Source: a bacterium (GTDB lineage: Bacteria > Bacteroidota > Ignavibacteria > UBA10030). From it: a stretch of 45,023 nt of DNA. The notes under the pieces were generated by a model. The model did no database searches. It saw only the letters and a list, made by a program, of their open reading frames with translations, and had not been told where the DNA came from. Position numbers and translations under genes: made by a program. Positions 1-7,223 of this stretch are shown here, one piece after another; position 1 is the first letter of the stretch, and the number at the start of each line of letters is the position of its first letter. The DNA lies in NCBI GenBank assembly GCA_043803945.1, contig JAZDJN010000103.1, forward strand, positions 1 to 45,023. The letters run 5' to 3'.

Positions 1-134
1 ACAGAATAACCGCGGTCTCATATGAAGGGTTAAAACTCAATCTGCATTTACATGCACTGAAAACCGCATTCAAGCATTTGAGATCTCTTCAACCGATCGA
101 TTGGACCGCAAAACCTATTTTTGCGTAACATCAG
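1..134 (+). mobile_element. Right end of a probable IS701-family insertion sequence: 3' end of transposase (3..128) plus terminal inverted repeat
   Basis: Frame +3 is open from the window edge to TAA at 126-128 (RITAVSYEGLKLNLHLHALKTAFKHLRSLQPIDWTAKPIFA*). This resembles, from memory, the C-terminus of IS701-type DDE transposases. The stop lies inside the end sequence GCGTAACATCAG (123-134), which is followed by TTAA (135-138), matching the YTAR target preference of IS701. Not in the ORF track. Confidence 0.55.
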
Positions 135-1171
135 TTAATAAGTAGATCGGAAAAATCAGCTTTTGTGGAAATTTGATAAGTATAAGCCAAACCTTTTGGA
201 TTAACCTTCCATTTGAAACTAATGGGTGGTATTAGACCTCCAATACTATTTTCAGGAGTGATTATTGACATCCAATCATTTAATGACCTTCGATACACAC
301 CGCTATTATAAGTCCCCGCAAAAAGGTCAGTACCAACCACACCGAAGGAATAGATATATGAGGTTGTCAAACCAGTATTGACTTGAGTCCAATTTGTCCC
401 ATTATTGGTGGTTAAATACACGCCACCATATTGAGTCCCGCAAAAAATTTTTTTATCGACAACTGCGAGCGCAAGGACACCGTAATATGTTGTTGTTCGT
501 ATCCAATTTGTCCCATTATTGGTGGAAAGAAAAACACCTTGGTCCGTTCCTGCAAAAACATTGGTGCCACTCACAGCAAGTGAGTACACAGTCTTATTTG
601 TAAGTCCATTATTTATTTGGTTCCAACTTATTCCTTCGTCAGAAGAAATAAATATCCCACTCCCAAGCGTTCCCGCAAATAGATACTTGTCGCTGAACGC
701 AAGAGAAGAAATAAAACACCCACCCAATCCAGCTTGTTTCCAACTCTCGCCGTTGTTGGTCGAGAGAATGACGCAATCGCCAGGAGTTCCAGCAAAAATA
801 GTGGTACCTTTCACGGCAAAAGACAAAGCGCCTCGATTGTCAATCTTTTTCCAGCTTATACCATTGTTGGTGGAGAGAAAGATATTACTAAGATAACTTC
901 CGGCAAATAGATTTACTCCACTAACAGTCAGAACTCTGACATCCAGATTAGTGATACCATCATTGATAGTGCTCCAACTGGTTCCATTGTTTGTTGAAAG
1001 ATATACACCCTGTCCAGAAGTACTGGCGTAAATATTCGTACCACTATTTACAATGCCTGTGATACTTGCATTTGACAAACCAGTATTAGCTTGAATCCAT
1101 TGAGCTTTAAGTTCAACATTATGGTGAATAATTAAGAGAATGATAAGGATGGTTAAATATAAAGTTCTCAA
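131..1171 (-). pseudogene. Secreted BNR/WD40-like beta-propeller protein, probably truncated at the C-terminus by the IS
   Basis: Signal peptide (MRTLYLTILIILLII...AQW), repeated GVYLSTNNGxxW blades, TTG start with AGAGGAAG RBS. The ORF ends about 45 aa into a new beta-sandwich-like domain, and its TGA (131-133) lies within the putative IS end. Confidence 0.65.
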
Positions 1172-1586
1172 AGGACACTTCCTCTTTTATTAAAATTAAA
1201 AAACCTCTTTCATCGATCACACGAATCCAGAGGTCTGTCGTTCAATGGAATTATTTGTTTTCAAGAGTTGCACGGTTTACTCCTTCGGAAGTACACCTAT
1301 TTCTTCCCCACGGAATGCCCCAGCCCGGTATTTAGGTATGACTGTTGGCAAGAAGGTATAGATGTTTACTAATGAAAACAATAGCAAGAATGTGCAATTG
1401 GCGATAATGGGCTAAATTTACCTCAGGTAAACACCTGAAAATGGCAGGGAAAACACCTGAGACCTATTACCCCTAACCTATCAACCCTCTATCGTTTCCA
1501 TCTGGGATTATTCTTGAGATACCCCAGGTTGGTTTAAAACATGCTGTATTTAGTGTGTAGATGCCCTCCAATGAGTTTTCTTCCCC

Positions 1587-2645
1587 TCAATTGAGGTTCA
1601 GGTCTATCTTGTTCACCGCCGAATGTAATTCACTCGCTGCAAGGTGAGAATAAACCTGAGTTACCGAAATACTGCTGTGTCCAAGGAGTTTCTGAACCTC
1701 ATAAATGGGAACACCATCTTGAACAAGCCAGGTGGCGAACGTATGACGCAATGAGTGGAAATGAATCTTCTCGTTCTCAAGTTTTGCCTTCCGAACATAC
1801 TTTTTAAACAAATGAGAGAGCCAGCATCCTTTTATCTGTGAACCGTTGAGAGTAAATACAAATTCTGAACAATTCTTCTCCCACTTCGATTGAAGCATAT
1901 AGAACACTGTTTCGTTCAACGGTATCACTCTCATCTTCCCTTGCTTGGTTTTAAAATTTGGTGAGCTTTGCAGATGAATTATTCTATCCTGAAGATTCAA
2001 ATGCTTCCATTTCAAGTTTATTATCTCCCCTTGACGCATACCCGTCAGAACGGCAAAGGTGACAATTTCCTTCAACCATTCCTCTTCGATGCAGGCAAGG
2101 AGTTTAGAGAAATCACTCTTTGACAGAAATGTCGGCACCTGTTCTGGAATTCTGGCAAGCTGGATTCCTTCAAATATGTTGTACTCAATGAGCTTCCAAC
2201 GGCGAGCTGTATTAAACGCAGAACGGAGCATGCGGAGTTCTACGTTAACTGACACTGGTGATACGGTCTGTTCTTTGTCCTGCTGTTTTTTCTCTCGAAG
2301 TCGCTTTGCTTTGTAGAAATCAATATGCTTTCCATTTATTTCTCTGAGCGATGAATTCGGATATTCTTTTTTAAACATTTTGAAAATACCCTCATACTGG
2401 CTCAAAGTTTTTGGAGAGTATATTGTTCGTCCATAGGCAAGGAATTCATCAAAGAATTTCTCAAGCGTGATGGAGCTGGTCCGTTTCTGGAGAAGTAGTT
2501 TGAACTCTGTGAGAGCTTTTAATGCATCGGGTTGAACAGAAGCTCCAGTTGACTTCCATTTCCGTACACCTTCCTGGTAATACCCGATGTAGTAAATTTG
2601 GTTAGAGCGTTTGTAAAGAGAGAAATGATTTAATTGAGCGGACAT
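1587..2645 (-). CDS. Tyrosine recombinase / phage-type integrase
   Basis: Catalytic motifs LTGMRQGE, HSLRHTFATWL and LGHSSISVTQVY. N-terminal arm-binding-like and SAM-like segments. GGAGGT RBS. Sits next to a tRNA 3' end. Confidence 0.95.
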   Translation of the reverse strand: MSAQLNHFSLYKRSNQIYYIGYYQEGVRKWKSTGASVQPDALKALTEFKLLLQKRTSSITLEKFFDEFLAYGRTIYSPKTLSQYEGIFKMFKKEYPNSSLREINGKHIDFYKAKRLREKKQQDKEQTVSPVSVNVELRMLRSAFNTARRWKLIEYNIFEGIQLARIPEQVPTFLSKSDFSKLLACIEEEWLKEIVTFAVLTGMRQGEIINLKWKHLNLQDRIIHLQSSPNFKTKQGKMRVIPLNETVFYMLQSKWEKNCSEFVFTLNGSQIKGCWLSHLFKKYVRKAKLENEKIHFHSLRHTFATWLVQDGVPIYEVQKLLGHSSISVTQVYSHLAASELHSAVNKIDLNLN

Positions 2646-2743
2646 TGTTGACCTCCGTAAGCCAAAAATAATGGCTTAACTGTCTACAATTCCGTCTGCA
2701 GCAAAGGATTTTATCTTAGAAAGGTGGACCCTGATTTGTCATT

Positions 2744-2901
2744 ACTGCGACCAGTCGATGGGTTACACCCACCTTCTGGTCGCAAGTGCACCCACTCCCG
2801 CTACACTGCAGCGGGACAGGCAGGACTGACTTCTTCCTGCGATAATACAACTGCGACCAGTCGGTGGGTTACACCCACCTTCTGGTCGCAAGTGCACCCA
2901 C
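2744..2901. repeat. 52-bp direct repeat x2 (2744-2795 and 2850-2901, one mismatch) containing the tRNA-Lys 3' end and a strong hairpin
   Basis: ACTGCGACCAGTCG(A/G)TGGGTTACACCCACCTTCTGGTCGCAAGTGCACCCAC occurs twice, 106 bp apart. Internal inverted repeat TGCGACCAG...CTGGTCGCA and GGTGGG...CCCACC. Confidence 0.95.
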
Positions 2902-2965
2902 CAGGACTCGAACCTGGAACCCACTGATTAAGAGTCAGTTGCTCTACCAATTGAGCCATGGGTGC
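2893..2965 (-). tRNA. tRNA-Lys(CTT)
   Basis: Reverse complement GCACCCATGGCTCAATTGGTAGAGCAACTGACTCTTAATCAGTGGGTTCCAGGTTCGAGTCCTGGTGGGTGCA forms a cloverleaf with anticodon CTT and T-loop GTTCGAG. CCA is not encoded. Confidence 0.97.
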
Positions 2966-2969
2966 TTTT

Positions 2970-3011
2970 GTTCATGGTCAAAATCCCGAGCCTGTTGAGG
3001 GATTGAGCCAT
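2970..3011. repeat. REP-like nested palindrome between secG and tRNA-Lys
   Basis: ATGGTCAAAATCCC-GAGCCTGTTGA-GGGATTGAGCCAT: inner AATCCC/GGGATT stem inside an imperfect outer stem. Confidence 0.55.
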
Positions 3012-3029
3012 AAGTGTAAAACTCTTGAC

Positions 3030-3380
3030 TTACTTCTTCTCCGGTGTTGCAGCCGGTTGCGAAGCTGGCTGCTGATCCTGAGGAAGCGATGGCGGTACGC
3101 TCACCGGGGCAGGAGCAGATTGAATAATACTCTGCGGCGAGGACTCGCGTCTCAAGAGAGCCAAATTGATAAATAATGCCAGTACCAAAATTACAGTAGC
3201 AAGTATAGTGGTAGATTTTGTGAGAAAATCAGATGCCCGACGAATACCGAACATTGTGCCAATGCCCGTAGTGCCAAAGGTTCCCGCTAATCCGCCACCC
3301 TTGCTGGATTGCATCAGAATAACAATAATGAGGAGGATACTCGCAATAATCTCAATAAAAAGAAAAATATTAAAAATCAT
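3030..3380 (-). CDS. secG: Preprotein translocase subunit SecG
   Basis: Two TM helices with the signature ILMQSSKGGGLAGTFG...FLTKST and a Pro/Gln-rich tail. Confidence 0.95.
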   Translation of the reverse strand: MIFNIFLFIEIIASILLIIVILMQSSKGGGLAGTFGTTGIGTMFGIRRASDFLTKSTTILATVILVLALFINLALLRRESSPQSIIQSAPAPVSVPPSLPQDQQPASQPAATPEKK

Positions 3381-3404
3381 AGCACATCACCTTTCTTGAC
3401 ATAT

Positions 3405-3430
3405 AAAAACCCCACGACCAATGGGGTTTT
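3405..3430 (-). terminator. Probable intrinsic terminator downstream of ribE (could be bidirectional)
   Basis: AAAACCCCA-cgaccaa-TGGGGTTTT hairpin with A/T runs on both sides. Confidence 0.55.
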
Positions 3431-3497
3431 GCACTACAAATATATTCATCCCTGGCTTTAGATGCAAGATTTTTTTACTCGTAAAAATGACAATCCC

Positions 3498-4094
3498 TTA
3501 CTTGAATCGCCGTTTTAAAATCCGATCTACATATTTTCCAAGCATATCAAACTCAATATTGACAGGGTCTCCGGGCTTCAGAAACTTAAACGTTGTAACC
3601 TCCCAGGTGTGGGGTATAATGGATACAGCAAATTCCAGCTCCTTAAGCCGTGCCACTGTAAGGCTGACACCATCTATCGCTATCGAGCCCACAGGGATGA
3701 GATATCGGGAGTATTTTCTAGAGAGTTTAAACCAAAATATCCAACTGCTTTTTTTTGCAATAACAGAGTGGACTTTTGCTACACAATCGACATGCCCCAG
3801 AACAAAATGCCCGCCTAATCGCTCATTTAGCAGTAAGGCACGCTCGAGGTTTACTCGCCCTCCCTCCTGGAGTTTGCCTAGATTTGTTTTTCGCAATGTC
3901 TCTTCAACAGCCTGTACGTTGAACGTCCCCTTTCCTGTCTTGATGACTGTCAAACAAACGCCATTAATCGCCACACTCTCATCGATCCTTATGCCGCGAG
4001 AGGTCTGAGGACCATGAACGGTGAAGATCAGGCTTTTTCCTCGCTTCTCAATTATTCGAATCGTTCCAAGTTCTTCAACTAATCCGGTAAACAT
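3498..4094 (-). CDS. ribE: Riboflavin synthase (alpha chain)
   Basis: MFTGLVEELG N-terminal signature, GVCLTV, GGHFVLGHVD, SIAIDGVSLTV, VNIEFD. Confidence 0.97.
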   Translation of the reverse strand: MFTGLVEELGTIRIIEKRGKSLIFTVHGPQTSRGIRIDESVAINGVCLTVIKTGKGTFNVQAVEETLRKTNLGKLQEGGRVNLERALLLNERLGGHFVLGHVDCVAKVHSVIAKKSSWIFWFKLSRKYSRYLIPVGSIAIDGVSLTVARLKELEFAVSIIPHTWEVTTFKFLKPGDPVNIEFDMLGKYVDRILKRRFK

Positions 4095-4110
4095 AGACCG
4101 AGATTCCCTT

Positions 4111-4204
4111 GATTAAATGACCATGATTCCCACGATTATACTGACCATGATTCCTACGATTAAATGACAATGATTCCCACGATTATACTGACCGTGATTA
4201 ACAC
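4111..4204. repeat. Tandem repeat with alternating 23/24-bp units (47-bp dimer x2) between ribD and ribE
   Basis: GATTAAATGACCATGATTCCCAC / GATTATACTGACCATGATTCCTAC / GATTAAATGACAATGATTCCCAC / GATTATACTGACCGTGATTAACAC. Confidence 0.9.
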
Positions 4205-4231
4205 GATTCACTGGATCGAGTGTATATACTC

Positions 4232-5332
4232 TTATTTGTAATGGATCAATCCTTCAACAAGGAGATCTTTTCCAACAGAGCGGATTTTCATATGTGTGAT
4301 CTCCGAAGCCTGTCGCAGCTTGCTGTGTCGTGAGATCATGATGCTTGGCAAGCCGCCTCCGAGTATTTTCGGTGCAATGAAGCAATGAATTTTTTGAACA
4401 TACCGGTCTTCCATAAATCGCGAGATAGTGCCGCTCCCTCCTTCAACCAGAATAGAGTTGATTCCCAGAGAGGCAAGTACTTTGAGAATCGCTTTCGTCG
4501 ATAGCTCAAATCCGCCATCGAGCCCGAACACCTCAACACCTCTCCGGGCAAGCCTCGATACTTTTGCTGTTTCACTATTCATGGCTTCACTTGACGTAAG
4601 CAGGATAGTATCGGCCTTTCTGACATCGAATACTTTTGCACGATCCGAGACACGAAGATGTCCATCAATAATAATCCTGATCGGATTCTTGCCTCGGACA
4701 GAGCGGACCGTCAATTGGGGATTGTCTTTGAGCACAGTGCCCACACCCACCAGGATTGCATCGTATTCAGAGCGGATCCTGTGTCCTTCTTTCCGAGCCT
4801 CTGCAGAGGTAATCCATTTCGATTTTCCGAAACTATCCGATATTCTTCCATCGATGGTTTGGGCAATTTTAATTCCGATATAAGGAAGTTCTGTTTTCAT
4901 TGTATAGAAGAATTGGTGATTGAGTTCTGCTGCTTCTTTATGACGGATTCCGATTATCAGAGCAATCCCGGCGCGGCGAATTTCACTGAATCCTTTTCCT
5001 GCCACCTCGGGATTTGGATCGCGACAAGCAGCAACGACTTGTGAAATTCCAGCTTCAATTATTGATTGTGAGCATGGAGGAGTTTTTCCATAGTGTGCGC
5101 ATGGTTCAAGGTTCACATACAACGTTGCACCGCTCGAACGGTTCCCTGCTATTCGAAGTGCCTCGATCTCCGCATGCGGTCCACCGAAGGACCGGTGATA
5201 CCCTTCTGCTATTATTCTCCCATGCTTCACAATCACACAGCCTACCATTGGATTTGGGTGAACCCTTCCTCTTCCTTTTTCGGCAAGCTGAAGACAGCAG
5301 TCCATAAATCGAATATGGTCGGCAGCATTCAT
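4232..5332 (-). CDS. ribD: Bifunctional riboflavin deaminase/reductase RibD
   Basis: NPMVGCVIV, HAE, LEPCAHYGKTPPC zinc motifs. Reductase domain with DAILVGVGTVLKDNPQL and LVEGG. Confidence 0.97.
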   Translation of the reverse strand: MNAADHIRFMDCCLQLAEKGRGRVHPNPMVGCVIVKHGRIIAEGYHRSFGGPHAEIEALRIAGNRSSGATLYVNLEPCAHYGKTPPCSQSIIEAGISQVVAACRDPNPEVAGKGFSEIRRAGIALIIGIRHKEAAELNHQFFYTMKTELPYIGIKIAQTIDGRISDSFGKSKWITSAEARKEGHRIRSEYDAILVGVGTVLKDNPQLTVRSVRGKNPIRIIIDGHLRVSDRAKVFDVRKADTILLTSSEAMNSETAKVSRLARRGVEVFGLDGGFELSTKAILKVLASLGINSILVEGGSGTISRFMEDRYVQKIHCFIAPKILGGGLPSIMISRHSKLRQASEITHMKIRSVGKDLLVEGLIHYK

Positions 5333-6126
5333 GATTTGAGGACTCGAATCCTTGTCTCCAGAGTAACTCCCAGAGTTTTTGCTGCACTCTCCTTGTTTAC
5401 AACAATCTCAACGAGTCCTGAACTACCGGTGATAAGGTATGGGCGATTGGAGACTGCTTCATGGTAATGTGTGATCCAGGAGGTCACTGAATGGTTCTTT
5501 ACTTTAAGGCCCTTCATCCATCGTCTCAACTTTTCCTGACTCTCCGATTCAATATTGGTGATGATATTCCCGAATCGATCAATGGAGAGAACTCTCGCCG
5601 GAGCTTCATGCTTTTTGAAGAAGATCGGCCTCACCGGATAGAAGCTTTGCCGACCGCACAATGCCGGTTGTATCCCTTTTGCAATCGAAGCAGCGAGCGG
5701 CGCAATAATATCCCGGCCATGGAATGTTGCCGAAATCGTTCGAGGAATGATGCCGAGACTCTGGCACCGTTTCACATTAACAATAACACACTCCTCGATA
5801 TCGATATCTGCGGCGACAATATCAAGAAGGCCATTTGCTGGTGCGATGAAACGATAGTGTTTTGTGGAGAGGAGTACGATGTCTCTGTCCGAACCGACAC
5901 CGGGATCAACCACACAACAAAAGAGCGTGCCTCTGGGGAAAGAGCGAAAAGATGCCCATAGTGTATAGGATGCCTCCTGAATATTGAAAGGATCGAGAGA
6001 GTGCGTGATATCGATAATGTTGACGTGCGGATCGTTGGAAAGCAGTATTCCTTTGAAGCTACCGACATAGTGATCCCGTGTACCGAAATCAGTCAGTAAC
6101 GCAATGAGTTTGGAAATTCGTAGCAT
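5329..6126 (-). CDS. DUF62 SAM hydroxide adenosyltransferase (SAM-dependent halogenase superfamily)
   Basis: LLTDFG, VVDPGVGSDR, TFHGRD, IDRFGNIITN motifs. The Asp-Arg-His triad typical of SAM hydrolases is present. Confidence 0.9.
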   Translation of the reverse strand: MLRISKLIALLTDFGTRDHYVGSFKGILLSNDPHVNIIDITHSLDPFNIQEASYTLWASFRSFPRGTLFCCVVDPGVGSDRDIVLLSTKHYRFIAPANGLLDIVAADIDIEECVIVNVKRCQSLGIIPRTISATFHGRDIIAPLAASIAKGIQPALCGRQSFYPVRPIFFKKHEAPARVLSIDRFGNIITNIESESQEKLRRWMKGLKVKNHSVTSWITHYHEAVSNRPYLITGSSGLVEIVVNKESAAKTLGVTLETRIRVLKS

Positions 6127-6175
6127 AGCAGGTTCGGACGTGCGTCTGCTGCATTACAATGAAGTCATGCAGCTT

Positions 6176-7183
6176 CTATTTTACAGTCTGGCTCTTCCCT
6201 TTTTTTGCAGATTTGTAGATCGCATCGACAACCTTCATACGATGGACAGCCTCTTCGCCTGTGGAGATAATCGGATGCAGTCCGCGAAGGGAGCCGATCC
6301 AGTGACGAAGTTCGTTGTCGTACGATTTCCAGTAAAGTGAGTGGGCTGTTTCATTCGACACCGGTGCGACATTTACCAAGTTGCCATGCATGCGTTTAAG
6401 GATTCTAAACGGATTGAGCGAGCCGCTCCCATCAGTACCGAAACAATCGCAATAGAAGAAATCGGTATTCGATTCGAACGACCAGCTCGATTCGACGGTA
6501 AGTGTCGAACCGTTTTTCATACGAATAAAGACAACGGAAGAGTCTTCAACGCTTTTTGTGTTATGAGAATAATTCGCGGCAAGGACTTCTTTGACCTCAG
6601 GATAACCCATCATCCAGAAGGCCATATCGAACATCACGATACCCAAATCAAGGACAACTCCCCCGCCCGATTGCTGTTTCCGGGTAAGCCATGGATTACT
6701 TGTTGTCAACTTCTTCAGCCATCCTGCCTTTGCATAATAAATTTTCCCCAGCTCACCGCCCTGGATCATACTCTTGAGAATCATTGCATCGGGGCGGAAC
6801 CGGTTGTTCATTCCGACCATGACTTTGCGCTGATTCCGTTTTGCAGCATTGACAATTTCTGCTGCTTCGTTCTGAACCCGGGCCAATGGTTTCTCAACGA
6901 GCACATGCTTCTTTGCATCCAGTGCTGCAACCGCCGTTTTCAGGTGAATATCTGTTGGTGTGCATATATCGATACCGACGATTTGTTCTTCCGCTTCCAG
7001 CATTTTTTCATAACTGTCATACCAATGGGGTATCTCATACTTCTTGGCAAGATACTCCGCTTTCTGTGCATCAACATCACAAATAGCAGCAATCTCGCAC
7101 TCGCTGATTTTTGAGAGAATTGGAAGATGAACTGTTTGTGCAATCGCACCTGCACCAATAACGCCTATCTGTATTTTATTCAT
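6176..7183 (-). CDS. Gfo/Idh/MocA family oxidoreductase
   Basis: GVIGAGAIA Rossmann motif, HVLVEKP, GGGVVLDLG. Confidence 0.9.
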   Translation of the reverse strand: MNKIQIGVIGAGAIAQTVHLPILSKISECEIAAICDVDAQKAEYLAKKYEIPHWYDSYEKMLEAEEQIVGIDICTPTDIHLKTAVAALDAKKHVLVEKPLARVQNEAAEIVNAAKRNQRKVMVGMNNRFRPDAMILKSMIQGGELGKIYYAKAGWLKKLTTSNPWLTRKQQSGGGVVLDLGIVMFDMAFWMMGYPEVKEVLAANYSHNTKSVEDSSVVFIRMKNGSTLTVESSWSFESNTDFFYCDCFGTDGSGSLNPFRILKRMHGNLVNVAPVSNETAHSLYWKSYDNELRHWIGSLRGLHPIISTGEEAVHRMKVVDAIYKSAKKGKSQTVK

Positions 7184-7223
7184 AGCAACGATCTGATCTG
7201 GTTTATTCGATGTTGATTCTCGT

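Noticed and set aside
2744-2901. Two-repeat mini-CRISPR
   Set aside because: The repeat includes the tRNA 3' end and occurs only twice. It is better explained as an att-like duplication.
2724-3176. Plus-strand ORFs 2724-2927 and 2958-3176
   Set aside because: They overlap the tRNA, repeats and secG antisense and show no protein features.
4111-4204. Possible CRISPR array
   Set aside because: Units are contiguous with no unique spacers, and there are no cas genes in the window.
5329-6126. Fluorinase or chlorinase
   Set aside because: The Asp-Arg-His triad of SAM hydrolases is present and there is no secondary-metabolite context.
5333-6175. FMN riboswitch upstream of the rib genes
   Set aside because: ribD is directly coupled to the upstream CDS and no RFN-like sequence is visible.
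6341-7114. Long antisense ORFs (for example 6341-7114, 29230-29847, 30837-31433, 32034-32684)
   Set aside because: They are shadows of well-conserved genes on the opposite strand and have no recognisable motifs.
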